From the NCBI GenBank assembly GCA_965248575.1, contig CBDFJQ010000002.1:2656001-2720000 (forward strand): 64,000 nt of DNA, written 5' to 3'. Of the stretch, positions 39,221 through 48,873 are shown in pieces. Made by a program: the position numbers and the translations under genes. The notes beneath the pieces were generated by a model. It did not search any database. It worked only from the letters and a program-made list of their open reading frames with translations, and was not told the DNA's origin. This DNA is from Planctomycetota bacterium (lineage in GTDB: Bacteria; Planctomycetota; B15-G4). Every line of letters starts with the position of its first letter. Position 1 is the first letter of the stretch.

Positions 39221-42200
39221 CTACGGGGTCTGGTCGAGGAGGGACTCGGGGGGCAGGAACGCCCGGCTGAACCTCGGCTCATCGAACTGCCCGAAGAGCC
39301 ATTGGTTCGTCGAGCCCGCCGCATTCTCGTGCGCTGCCATGATGAACGTGCCCACGTTGGCGATGGTCGGCTTCTCGAAGGGGATCGTCTCGAACACGCC
39401 GTCCACGCCGAAGCGGAGCTCGAGTCGATCGGCATCGTAGGCCACGCTCACGAAGTGCCACTCGGTGTCATCGACACTGAGCGAGCTGACGATCTTGTTC
39501 ACCGATGCGCCGTCACCGTAGCGGAACAGCAGCTCCCGTCCGGTGGTTCCCAGATCACCCGCCTGCACCAGCAAGCCGTACTCGAGGAGCACGTCGCTGG
39601 ACGACGGCGGCTTCTTCATGAACAGCCACTTGCGATCATTGGCGGAGGAGTTGTCGCTCACGAAGAACACCCTGACCCAGGCCTCCAGGGTGAAGCTGTT
39701 GTCGGGGACACTCAGAAGTCCTCCGACGTCCGGGACGCGCACGTCCGATGTGAGGTCGTGGTCCAGTGCCTGCAGGTTCGGCGCGCCGGTCTGCGGAATG
39801 ACGGCCACGGGCACGTCCGTGATGTACACGGGAGTGCTGAAGCCCCCGAACGTGCCGTCGAGACCGTTGGCAGTCGAGTCGGGAACGGTCTGACCCATCG
39901 CCTGCTCGAAGCGCCAGTAGCCGGTGCCACCCTGGCAATCGTCAGGGACACAGTTCCCGTCCAGGTCCTGGTCCAGGCTGTCGGGGATGCCGTTGAGATT
40001 GCAGTCCGAGTCAGCCGGATCGGGGATGCCGTCGCCATTGATGTCCGTCCCGGGCGACAAGGCGCTCGAGGGCACCGTCACCTTCGCGTTTCCGGGTACG
40101 GTCCAGCGCAGCTCCACGGAGGCGGTCCCACCGGTCTCGCAGTAATCCAGCCGAACGAGATGGCTGGTCGAGGCGTCCAGGGAGACGTTCGCCGAGGACG
40201 TGCCTGCGCCGGTCCAGTTGTCGATGAGGAGCACCTCGTCGATCCAGAGACGGGCACCGTCGTCGCTCTGCACTTCGAACGCATAGTTGCCGGAGACGGG
40301 CGGCGTGGTGAGGGTGCCCGTCCACCGGGCGCCGAACCTGTCGACGGGGACGCCCACGGGGGACGTCAGGCCCCAGTCGAAGTCCACCTGCGGGTCCACC
40401 ACGGTCTGGGTGCGCGAGCTGAACTCGAGCGTCAGCGGGTGGAGCATGAAGTACTGGCCCACCAGCCCCGGTCCCGCGCCGGTCTCGCAGCTGTCGAGCC
40501 ACCCGTTGCCGTCCTTGTCGTCGCAACGCTGGCACTCATCGGGCACCAGGTTGGCGTCGCAGTCGAGCGAGGTGCCGCCGACAATGTCGTCGAGGTCCTC
40601 CACCAGGTTGCCGTTGCAGTCGCTGACCAGCTGGCACACGTCCGGGATGCCGTCGAGGTTGCGGTCGTAGATCGGTCGCGTCTCGGCGGGCATGACCGGC
40701 AGCATCGAACCGCCGGGCGGCTGCCACTGGAACTGGAGCTGGTCGCCGTTGGTGTCCCGGAACTCCAGACGGAGCTGGTACTCCATCGCGGAGCCCAACA
40801 GGATCGTGTTCTCGGAGTCGATGACGCCGGTGCCGGCTTCCACCCACTCGTCGACCAGCAGCACGCCGTTCACCCACAGGCGCACGGGACCCTCGTGCAG
40901 CAGGCTGAACCCGTGGACACCGCTGGCGGTGGTCAGGATCGAGCCCGTCCAGCGAGCGCTGAAGCCGGTGGGCGGGATGCCAGGTGGTGGCGATGTCAGC
41001 GTGAAGTCGAAATCGACCTGTGGGTCGATCCGTGCGACGGGTGAGCCGCTCAGGTTGTCGGAGGCGTAGTACTCGGCCGCCAGGCCCGTCGGCGTGACCG
41101 CCTGGCAGAGGTCAGCGAGGCCGTTGCCGTCACAATCGACGAGGCCCTGGCAGCTGTCCGGGACGCCGTCGAAGTTGCAGTCAGTCTCCAGGCCGGACAG
41201 GATGTCGAGGTCGTCCGGGATGAGGTTCCCGTTGCAGTCGGGCTCGCAGTCGTCGGGCAATAGGTTCAGGTTCAGATCGACGCTCTCGAGGCAGTGACCG
41301 GTCGTGCAGGTGATGGCGCGGATGGCCCAGTCTCCGTCGCACGCGCAGACCGTGTTGAGCCGCCCGAACTCGGCCGCACCCGCTGAGAGGTCGTTCAGGT
41401 CGATGGGAGCGTCCGCACTCACGAACCACGCGTTGAGGTCGGGAGACGTCTCGTCGAATGGTGCCGGGTACAGGGTCGGAAGCGGAGGGGTCTGGTCGAA
41501 GTGCCCGGTGGCACCGAGGAAGAACGAGGTGCCGGCCGCTCCGACGAAGGTGTCCGGAATGTTCACGAGGACAAACTGGCCGCTGCCCTCGAGGATGGAG
41601 ATCACGGGGTGACCCAGGATCAGCTGGGCGTCCGTGGGGTCGCCGTCCCCGTTCGGGTCGCTCCACAGGCACACGGTGACCACGGTGCCCGCCTGCAGGA
41701 AGCCCCATGCCAACTCGACGTCGGTGACGACCTCACCGCCGGGCTGGACCAGGTGGGGGGTCAGCCACATCTGGTAATCGTGGTTGGTCCCGACTGAGTT
41801 GCCGCCCCAGCCGTCGTCGTAGGCATAGGTCACGAGACCCGGATCGGTCTGGCACTCGTCGGGGATGCCATCACCCTGACAGTCCTCCGAGAACCCGAGT
41901 GCGATGTCCTGGTCGTCGGGAGTCCCGTTGCCGTTGCAGTCCTGTACCTGGCAAGCGTCCGGCGTGCCGTTGAAGTCAGTGTCCTGGAGTTCGCCGCAGT
42001 GCCCGGTCGGGCAGGAGATCGCCCTCAGGACCCAGTCCGCGTTGTTGATCTGCCCCACGGAGAGCGCGCCGGCGGCCAGGTCCTCGGGAACGATCGGCGT
42101 GTCGGACGCAATGATCCAGCTCTTGTAGCTGGCAGTACTGAAGTCGACTGAAAAGGGCCGGTCGGTGATCGTGAAGCCGCCGAGCACGCCGACGAAGTAG

Positions 42201-42934
42201 GGCGTCCCGGCCGGGCCGACGAAGGTGTCCGGAATATCGATGCGGACGGCGGAAGCGCTGCCGGGCCAGCTCAGGGTCGTGTCGACGCTCCAGATCTCCA
42301 GGGCGTCCGTCGGGTCGAGGTCGCCGTTCGGGTCGCTCCAGAGGCCGATCGTCACCGGAGTTCCCGGGGCGATCGTTCCGCGGCCGATCTCGATCTCGGT
42401 GATCACCTCTTGGCCGGGCTGGACGACGTGCTGGGCCAGCCAGCAGTAGTAAGGCGTGCCCCAGCCCTGATCGCCCTCGGCGATGCCGTCGTCGTGTTGG
42501 TAGACCCACTCCGCGGGGAGCTGGCACTCGTCCGGGATGCCATCAGCGTTGCAGTCCTGGGTCGTGCCCTGCCAGATCTCGAACAGGTCGTTGATCCCGT
42601 TGTCGTTGCAATCGGGCCCCGGTTCGGGTGACGGCTTGAAGGCTGGGCGTCCCGCTCCGGCAGTCACGCCGCCCAGCTGGGGGCCGAGGTCGAGGAGGCC
42701 GCCCGGGGCAGGGACGAGGGGCCCGGCAGTTGGCCCGGGAGGGAGTGCGGGCATGGACACGGACTGCGTGGGGAAGCGCGGCGACGCTCCCGTTGGGCGA
42801 CGGGCACCGGCCTGCGGGATGCGCGGCAGACTCACCGAGATCTCGTCGGTGGGCACGACCTGCGTTGGTTCCCGAACTTGCAGCGTGGGAACGATCGGGA
42901 GCGTGAATGCGACGAGTGCGATGACCAGAAACAT
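39221..42934 (-). CDS. Large secreted protein with DCNxNGxPDxC repeats, a duplicated unknown domain, two PA14 domains and a C-terminal LamG-like domain
   Basis: Signal peptide; about 16 Cys/Asp repeats; two YxxDDG...LWSDPNGDxDPTDA...DWxxRAI units; FSARWTG and FGARWTG...SDDG (PA14); YWRFE, FTLEAWV, WHFVSVAYD, GQFDE (LamG). Confidence 0.8.
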   Translation of the reverse strand: MFLVIALVAFTLPIVPTLQVREPTQVVPTDEISVSLPRIPQAGARRPTGASPRFPTQSVSMPALPPGPTAGPLVPAPGGLLDLGPQLGGVTAGAGRPAFKPSPEPGPDCNDNGINDLFEIWQGTTQDCNADGIPDECQLPAEWVYQHDDGIAEGDQGWGTPYYCWLAQHVVQPGQEVITEIEIGRGTIAPGTPVTIGLWSDPNGDLDPTDALEIWSVDTTLSWPGSASAVRIDIPDTFVGPAGTPYFVGVLGGFTITDRPFSVDFSTASYKSWIIASDTPIVPEDLAAGALSVGQINNADWVLRAISCPTGHCGELQDTDFNGTPDACQVQDCNGNGTPDDQDIALGFSEDCQGDGIPDECQTDPGLVTYAYDDGWGGNSVGTNHDYQMWLTPHLVQPGGEVVTDVELAWGFLQAGTVVTVCLWSDPNGDGDPTDAQLILGHPVISILEGSGQFVLVNIPDTFVGAAGTSFFLGATGHFDQTPPLPTLYPAPFDETSPDLNAWFVSADAPIDLNDLSAGAAEFGRLNTVCACDGDWAIRAITCTTGHCLESVDLNLNLLPDDCEPDCNGNLIPDDLDILSGLETDCNFDGVPDSCQGLVDCDGNGLADLCQAVTPTGLAAEYYASDNLSGSPVARIDPQVDFDFTLTSPPPGIPPTGFSARWTGSILTTASGVHGFSLLHEGPVRLWVNGVLLVDEWVEAGTGVIDSENTILLGSAMEYQLRLEFRDTNGDQLQFQWQPPGGSMLPVMPAETRPIYDRNLDGIPDVCQLVSDCNGNLVEDLDDIVGGTSLDCDANLVPDECQRCDDKDGNGWLDSCETGAGPGLVGQYFMLHPLTLEFSSRTQTVVDPQVDFDWGLTSPVGVPVDRFGARWTGTLTTPPVSGNYAFEVQSDDGARLWIDEVLLIDNWTGAGTSSANVSLDASTSHLVRLDYCETGGTASVELRWTVPGNAKVTVPSSALSPGTDINGDGIPDPADSDCNLNGIPDSLDQDLDGNCVPDDCQGGTGYWRFEQAMGQTVPDSTANGLDGTFGGFSTPVYITDVPVAVIPQTGAPNLQALDHDLTSDVRVPDVGGLLSVPDNSFTLEAWVRVFFVSDNSSANDRKWLFMKKPPSSSDVLLEYGLLVQAGDLGTTGRELLFRYGDGASVNKIVSSLSVDDTEWHFVSVAYDADRLELRFGVDGVFETIPFEKPTIANVGTFIMAAHENAAGSTNQWLFGQFDEPRFSRAFLPPESLLDQTP

Positions 42935-43095
42935 GGTGTGTCCTCTTGCATCGATTCGGCGTCCCTCGGCGATCGCGCGCTTCCGACCTCAGGGGGGCTC
43001 TCGAGGACCGGATGGGCGGCGTGCGACTGGGCACCGTGGGGCCGCGGGGCGGCCTGAACCAACTGTCTGCTTGCCGATGACTATAGGCGCAGCAT

Positions 43096-43131
43096 CGATC
43101 TTGAACAGTCGCAAATAATCAATTTCGATCA
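43096..43131. promoter_or_regulatory. Candidate operator with 10-bp periodic repeats upstream of the DeoR-family regulator
   Basis: CGATC, CAGTC, TAATC, CGATC at 43096, 43106, 43116, 43126 in an AT-rich patch. Confidence 0.35.
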
Positions 43132-43177
43132 TATTCGCGCTTGCAGAGTGCGGAGTGCCCCGCGACACTCGGTGCCC

Positions 43178-43954
43178 ATGTACGAAGCCCAGCGCGACAC
43201 GGCGATCCTCCGGGTGGTGGCCGAGAACGAGTTCGTCTCGGTCCGGACGCTCACGGAGAAGCTCGAAATCTCCGAAGCGACCATCCGCAGGGACCTCGCT
43301 CGACTCTCGAACGCCGGGCGACTGCGCCGCGTCCGCGGTGGCGCCCAGCATCTCTCGCGCTCCACCCTCGAGGGCCAGCCGGGCTTCGCAAGCGACCAGG
43401 GACGCAATCTCGTGGCCAAGCGCGCCATCGCGAGGCGGGCGGCCGACCTGTGCGCGCGAGGCGACGCCGTGATCCTCGACGGCGGCACCACCGTCCACGC
43501 GATGACCGAGTTCCTCAACGACCTCGATCTGCGCGTGCTCACGCCGTCACTCCCCGCGGCCCACGTGCTGGCGGAGCATTCGGACGCGACGATCACCCTC
43601 ACCGGCGGCGAGGTGTTCCGGGACCAGCAGATCGTGGCGAGCCCGTTCCCACAGCCGATCGTCGAGGGATTCTCCGCCCGGCGGATGTTCATGAGCGCCC
43701 AGGCGATCGGGCCCAGCGGCCTGATGCAGACCGACTCGCTGCTGATCGGAAACGAGCTCGCGCTCCTCTCGCGCGCCGAGGAGCTCGTGGCGCTCGTGGA
43801 CAGCTCCAAGTTCGCTCAGCGGGGAAGCCTCGTGGCCTGCCCCCTCGACCGCATCGACGTCTTGATCACGGACTCAGGGGTCTCGTCCGAACACCGCGAG
43901 ATGCTGGAGTCGGCCGGCGTGCGCGTGCTCGTGGTCGATGCCCGGCCGGCATGA
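43178..43954 (+). CDS. DeoR/GlpR-family transcriptional regulator of rhamnose genes
   Basis: ISEATIRRDL, RVRGGA, KRAIA, ILDGGTT, DSSKF, DVLITD. Confidence 0.9.
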   Translation: MYEAQRDTAILRVVAENEFVSVRTLTEKLEISEATIRRDLARLSNAGRLRRVRGGAQHLSRSTLEGQPGFASDQGRNLVAKRAIARRAADLCARGDAVILDGGTTVHAMTEFLNDLDLRVLTPSLPAAHVLAEHSDATITLTGGEVFRDQQIVASPFPQPIVEGFSARRMFMSAQAIGPSGLMQTDSLLIGNELALLSRAEELVALVDSSKFAQRGSLVACPLDRIDVLITDSGVSSEHREMLESAGVRVLVVDARPA

Positions 43955-44077
43955 CGGGGTAGCCTTCGTGGAGCCGGTCTCGATTGTCGCCCCCTCGCAT
44001 CAGCGGCCCCGAGTCGACACGCCTTCGAGCGTGTGGCACTTTGACGGCTCCCCCGCACGCCCCTACGATCACCGCCC

Positions 44078-46134
44078 ATGAGCGACCTCAACTGGGACGA
44101 CCGAGCAGCCGGTGATGATGAGCCGGACCGCCTCGTGTACCGCTCGCGACTGCTCGGGGCCGATCCACGGGTCACCAACTACGGCGGTGGCAACACCTCG
44201 GCCAAGGTCCGTACGAACGACCCGCTGACAGGTGCCCCGACGACGGTGCTGTGGGTCAAGGGCTCGGGCGGAGACCTCGGGTCGATCGACAGGTCGGGGT
44301 TCGCGACGGTCTACCAGGACCGCGTGATGGGCCTGGAGCAGCACTACCGCGGACTGGAGCACGAGGACGAGATGGTGGGCCTGCTGCCCCACTGCGTCTT
44401 CGACATGAACCCGCGCGCGCCCAGCATCGACACGCCGCTGCACGCGTTCGTGCCGTTCGACCACGTCGACCACGTGCACCCCGACGCCGTCATCGCGCTC
44501 GCGGCCGCACGGAACGGGGAGCGTCTGACGGCCGAGATCTACGGCGGCGAGGTCGGCTGGGTGCCGTGGCAGCGCCCCGGGTTCGACCTGGGGCTCCGGT
44601 TGCGCGAGACCATCGACGCCCGGCCGGGCCTGCGCGGCATCGTCATGGGCGGGCACGGGCTCATCTCCTGGGCCGATGACGCGAAGAGCTGCTACGAGAA
44701 CACGCTCGAGCTGATCGGCCGCGCTGAGGCGTGGATCGCACGGCACAGCGACGAAGCACCCTTCGGGGGATCCGTCAGGCCGGCGCTCGGAGAGGACGAC
44801 CGACGCGCCCTCGCCGCGCGCGTCATGCCGCTGCTGCGCGGACGCGTGTCGGACGACGGCCACCGCGTCGGCCACTTCGACGACCATGCAGACGTGCTGC
44901 AGTTCACGACGTCGGCGCACTTCGAGCAGCTGGCGCGCCTCGGCACCTCGTGCCCCGATCACTTCCTGCGCACGAAGATCCGCCCGCTCGTTCTCCCGTC
45001 CGAGCTCGATGCCATCGAGGCGGACCTCGACGAACTTCTCGCGGCCTACCGCGAGGACTACCAGGCCTACTACGAGCGCTGGGCGGAGGCCGACTCACCG
45101 CCGATCCGCGGGCGCGACCCGGTCGTGTTCCTGATCCCGGGCGCCGGCATGATCACGTTCGCGGCGGACAAGGCCACCGCGCGCATCGCGGCCGAGTTCT
45201 ACCTGAACGCGATACGCGTCATGCGCGGAGCTACGGCACTCGACGAGTACGTCCCGCTGCACGAGCGCGAGGCGTTCCGGATCGAGTACTGGGCGCTCGA
45301 GCAGGCCAAGCTCGACCGGCGTCCGCCGCCAGCCCCGATGCAGGGGCGCGTGGCGGTCGTGACCGGGGGCGGCGGGGGCATCGGTCACGCCGTAGCTCGA
45401 CGACTGCTATCGGACGGCTGCTGCGTGCTGGTCGAGGACGTCGACGAGGAGGCCCTGGACGGGACCGTGACCGACCTGCGGGAGCGCTTCGGCCCGGACG
45501 TCGTCCGCAGCGCACGCGCCGATGTGACCTCCGAAGCGGACGTCGAGGCGGCCTACGAGACCGTGGCGCGCGCGTTCGGTGGCGTCGACATCGTCGTCTC
45601 ATGCGCCGGTCTCGCCTCCGCCGCCCCATCACAGAGACGTCGATCGAGCTCTGGACCCGCAACCAGGACGTTCTCAGCACGGGCTACTTCCTCGTCGCGC
45701 GCGGAGCGATGACGCTGCTGCAACGCCAGGGCATCGGAGGCTCGATCGTGTTCATCGGCAGCAAGAACGGCGTGGCCGCGTCGCCCGGAGCGAGCGCCTA
45801 CTGCACCGCCAAGGCCGCCGAGTTGCACCTGGCGCGCTGCCTGGCGCTGGAGGGTGCCGAGCACGGCATCCGCGTCAACTCGGTGAACCCGGACGCGGTG
45901 CTCGCGGAGTCGCAGATCTGGACGGGCACGTGGCGCGAAGAGCGCGCGGCCGCCTACGGCATCCGGCCCGACGAGCTCGAGGAACACTACCGCAAGCGCA
46001 GCCTGTTGAAGCTCAGCGTCGAACCGGAGCACGTCGCCGAGGCCGTGCACTACTTCGCGTCCGACCGCTCGTCCCGCTCCACCGGCAACATGCTGAACGT
46101 CGACGGCGGGAACGCCGCGGCCTTCCCACGATGA
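44078..46134 (+). pseudogene. rhaD: Bifunctional rhamnulose-1-phosphate aldolase/short-chain dehydrogenase, frameshifted
   Basis: YGGGNTSAK, PSIDTPLH, GTSCPDHFLRTK, EYWALEQAKL, TGGGGGIG in one frame; SDR second half (YCTAK, NPDAV, VDGG) in another; adding one C to the run at 45624-45627 restores ASAAPITETS. Could be a sequencing error. Confidence 0.85.
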
Positions 46135-47420
46135 GCCGGATCGGACCGGACGTCGTCGCCCGCGAGAACGCGGCCCGGCAGGCCGACCTGGATGCCGACA
46201 TCGATCATCTCGCGCTCGTGCTGGGACGGCGCGGGCTCGAGCTGGACGACGTCGCCGGGCACGTGGCGCGCTTCGCCGTGGCGGTCCCCTCGTGGGGCGT
46301 GGGCACCGGCGGCACCCGCTTCGCCCGCTTCCCCGGCCCCGGAGAGCCGCGCGACGTCTTCGAGAAGCTGCAGGACTGCAGCGTGATCCAGCAGCTGGTG
46401 CGCTGCACCCCCACCGTCTCGCCGCACTTCCCCTGGGACCGCGTCGACGACACCGCCGCGCTGCGCGAAGCCGCCACGTCCCACGGCCTGTCCTTCGACG
46501 CCGTGAACTCGAACACGTTCCAGGACCTGCCCGGCCAGGAGCTCTCGTATCGCTACGGCAGCCTCTGCCACACGGACCCCGAGGTCCGCGCGCAGGCCGT
46601 GGCCCACAACGTCGAGTGCATCAAGATCGGCGAGCGCCTCGGCAGCAAGGCGCTCACGGTCTGGATCGCCGACGGCAGCAACTTCCCGGGCCAGCAGAAC
46701 CTGGCCGCAGCCTTCGATCGCTACCTGGAGAGCATGCAGGCCATCTACGCCCAGCTGCCCGACGACTGGCAGGTCTTCATCGAGCACAAGCTCTACGAGC
46801 CGGCGCTGTACTCGACCGTCCTCGCCGATTGGGGCAGCAGCTACCTCGCCGCCACGCAGCTGGGCGAGAAGGCGCGCTGCCTTGTGGACCTCGGCCACCA
46901 CGCGCACGGCACGAACATCGAGATGATCGTCGCGCGACTGATCCGCTTCGGGAAGCTGGCTGGCTTCCACTTCAACGACAGCAAGTACGGGGACGACGAC
47001 CTCGACTCGGGCTCCATCGCGCCCTTCCAACTCTTCCTGATCTTCCACGAGCTGGTCGAGGCCGAGCTGCGCGGCGCCCCCGGCTTCGCCCCGGCCTACC
47101 TCATGGACCAGTCGCACAACGTCACCGACCCGATCGAGAGCCTGATGACGAGCGCGATCTCGCTGCAGCGCGCGTATGCGCAGGCCCTGCTCGTGGACCG
47201 GGATCGCCTTCGCGACGCGCAGGAGAGGAACGACGCCCTCGGCGCAGCGGAGGTCCTGCGCGCGGCGTTCCGGCTCGACGTGGACCCCATGCTGGCGTAC
47301 GTACGCGCGCGCGCCGGCGGCGCGATTGATCCCGTGGCCACTTATCGGCGGGCTGGATACCGCGAGCAGATGGCGCACGAACGCCCGGCCACCTCCGGCA
47401 CGTCGACCGGCATCGTCTGA
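46131..47420 (+). CDS. rhaI: L-rhamnose isomerase (RhaI type)
   Basis: PSWGVGTGGTRFARF, HFPWD, NSNTF, DGSNFPGQ, EHKLYEP, DLGHH, FNDSKYGDDDLDSG, DQSHN; ATGA overlap with rhaD. Confidence 0.92.
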   Translation: MSRIGPDVVARENAARQADLDADIDHLALVLGRRGLELDDVAGHVARFAVAVPSWGVGTGGTRFARFPGPGEPRDVFEKLQDCSVIQQLVRCTPTVSPHFPWDRVDDTAALREAATSHGLSFDAVNSNTFQDLPGQELSYRYGSLCHTDPEVRAQAVAHNVECIKIGERLGSKALTVWIADGSNFPGQQNLAAAFDRYLESMQAIYAQLPDDWQVFIEHKLYEPALYSTVLADWGSSYLAATQLGEKARCLVDLGHHAHGTNIEMIVARLIRFGKLAGFHFNDSKYGDDDLDSGSIAPFQLFLIFHELVEAELRGAPGFAPAYLMDQSHNVTDPIESLMTSAISLQRAYAQALLVDRDRLRDAQERNDALGAAEVLRAAFRLDVDPMLAYVRARAGGAIDPVATYRRAGYREQMAHERPATSGTSTGIV

Positions 47421-47434
47421 CAGGGCAGATCACC

Positions 47435-47521
47435 TTGATACGCAAGACCTTCGTGATGCCGACGAACCCCGACGGCAGCCCGAAGTCCCGCGAGCTGCGC
47501 GAGGTGTTCTACCTGGCCTGA
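47435..47521 (+). pseudogene. rhaM: Internally deleted L-rhamnose mutarotase (28 aa)
   Basis: TTG-started ORF MIRKTFVMPTNPDGSPKSRELREVFYLA joins an RhaM-like N-terminus directly to an RhaM-like C-terminus; position right after rhaI. Confidence 0.8.
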
Positions 47522-48873
47522 GCGCGCCAGAGGGCGCGGTGGTCGTGCAGTCCGCGCATCGGTGCGTGCGCCGCTCGCCGGAGGTCCAGCGCAGGGCTTC
47601 GCTGTCCCCAGCGGGCCAGGAGTGCCGCGCCGCGCGTCGTGCCGGTGGGGTCGTGTGAGGCGAACACGCGGTCGTCGGGGCGCAGCGCGGCCAGGGTGGC
47701 CATCACCGAGTGGTTGCCGGCCACCGGCCCCTCGACGATGACGTCGCCGGTGGCGTCCAGGTCGTCGAGGCACAGGTCGATCATCAAGGCGGTGTAGATC
47801 GACGCGAGCGCGGCGCGACGCAAGGGGTCCTGCGGCCGATCGGGCAGCAACCGGCCTATCCGACCGGCGAACGGCCCGCCCTCCTCGGCGAAGGCGGGCA
47901 GCGCCATGCGCCCTTCGGCGAGCACGCGCTGCACGTCGTGCAGGCGTGGCTCGGCGGTCAGCCCATCCTCACCCGCGATCGCCGCGTACTCGCGGCCGCC
48001 GGCGAAGCGCATTCCCGGCACCGGATCACCGAACACGTCGACGTTCGCGAGCATGTCGCGCTCCTCGACGAGCCGCGACGGGTCCACGCCGTGCGCCATG
48101 ACGACGACCCAGGTGCCGGTGGCGACGACGGCGAACGGACCGTCGTGCGAAAGCCGGTGCTGCAGGAACGACGCATTGCTGTCGTGCACGCCCGCGTGCA
48201 CGCGACAGCTCGCCGGCAACCCGGTCCGCGCCACGACCTCCTCCGACACGGACCCCACGCACTCCCAGGCCGGGACCAGCGTTGGCAGCAGCTCGTCCCA
48301 TCCCCGCTCGCGTGCATACGACGAGGGTGCGCGGGCCTGCGGCGCCCAGAGGTGCGTGTGGCACCCGAGGGACGTGAACTCCGCCACGGGCCGCCCGCCA
48401 AGACGCAGCGCCCAGTACTGCGGATACGGCAGCAGGTGCTCCGCGAGCGCGAACTCGTCCGGCCAGCTCGCCTGCAGCCACGCGAGCTGATTGCCGAGGT
48501 TGAGGCCGGCGGGGAGCGACGGCGAGAGCGTCTCGCGCCAGGCCTCCGCGTCCCGCGGCACCGCCGGGACATCGTGCTCGTAGTCCAGCACGGGGAGGAC
48601 GAGCGCCCCATCCCCACCCATCAGCGCCGCGGTCGCGCCGTGCGTGACCGGCACGATGGCGTCGACTGTTGTGTCGTTCGACCCGACGAGGTCGGCCAGC
48701 GCCTCGCAAACCCATGCGAACAAACCCTCGACGTCCACGTGCGGATACGGCGGCCCGGGGGCGACGGCGTTCGGGCGCCTCCGCTGATCCCGTGTTTCGC
48801 CGTCCTGGTCCACCAGACAGACACGGACGTGGGTCTTGCCCACATCCAGGACCGCCGTGACCGACAAGCTCAT
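47509..48873 (-). CDS. FGGY-family sugar kinase (rhamnulokinase-like)
   Basis: VLDVGKT, IVPVTHGA, LPAGLNLG, LPYPQYW, TSLGCHT, GVHDSNAS, ATGTW, GGREY. Confidence 0.85.
   Translation of the reverse strand: MSLSVTAVLDVGKTHVRVCLVDQDGETRDQRRRPNAVAPGPPYPHVDVEGLFAWVCEALADLVGSNDTTVDAIVPVTHGATAALMGGDGALVLPVLDYEHDVPAVPRDAEAWRETLSPSLPAGLNLGNQLAWLQASWPDEFALAEHLLPYPQYWALRLGGRPVAEFTSLGCHTHLWAPQARAPSSYARERGWDELLPTLVPAWECVGSVSEEVVARTGLPASCRVHAGVHDSNASFLQHRLSHDGPFAVVATGTWVVVMAHGVDPSRLVEERDMLANVDVFGDPVPGMRFAGGREYAAIAGEDGLTAEPRLHDVQRVLAEGRMALPAFAEEGGPFAGRIGRLLPDRPQDPLRRAALASIYTALMIDLCLDDLDATGDVIVEGPVAGNHSVMATLAALRPDDRVFASHDPTGTTRGAALLARWGQRSPALDLRRAAHAPMRGLHDHRALWRAQAR

Noticed and set aside
38228..41044. 938-aa + strand ORF and other long antisense ORFs (e.g. 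1562-3508, 8276-10243, 47710-49299)
   Set aside because: Shadow ORFs opposite well-supported genes in high-GC DNA, with no recognisable motifs.
45579..46130. 613-aa N-terminally extended rhamnose isomerase
   Set aside because: The extension overlaps the rhaD SDR half; the ATGA-coupled start at 46131 fits better.
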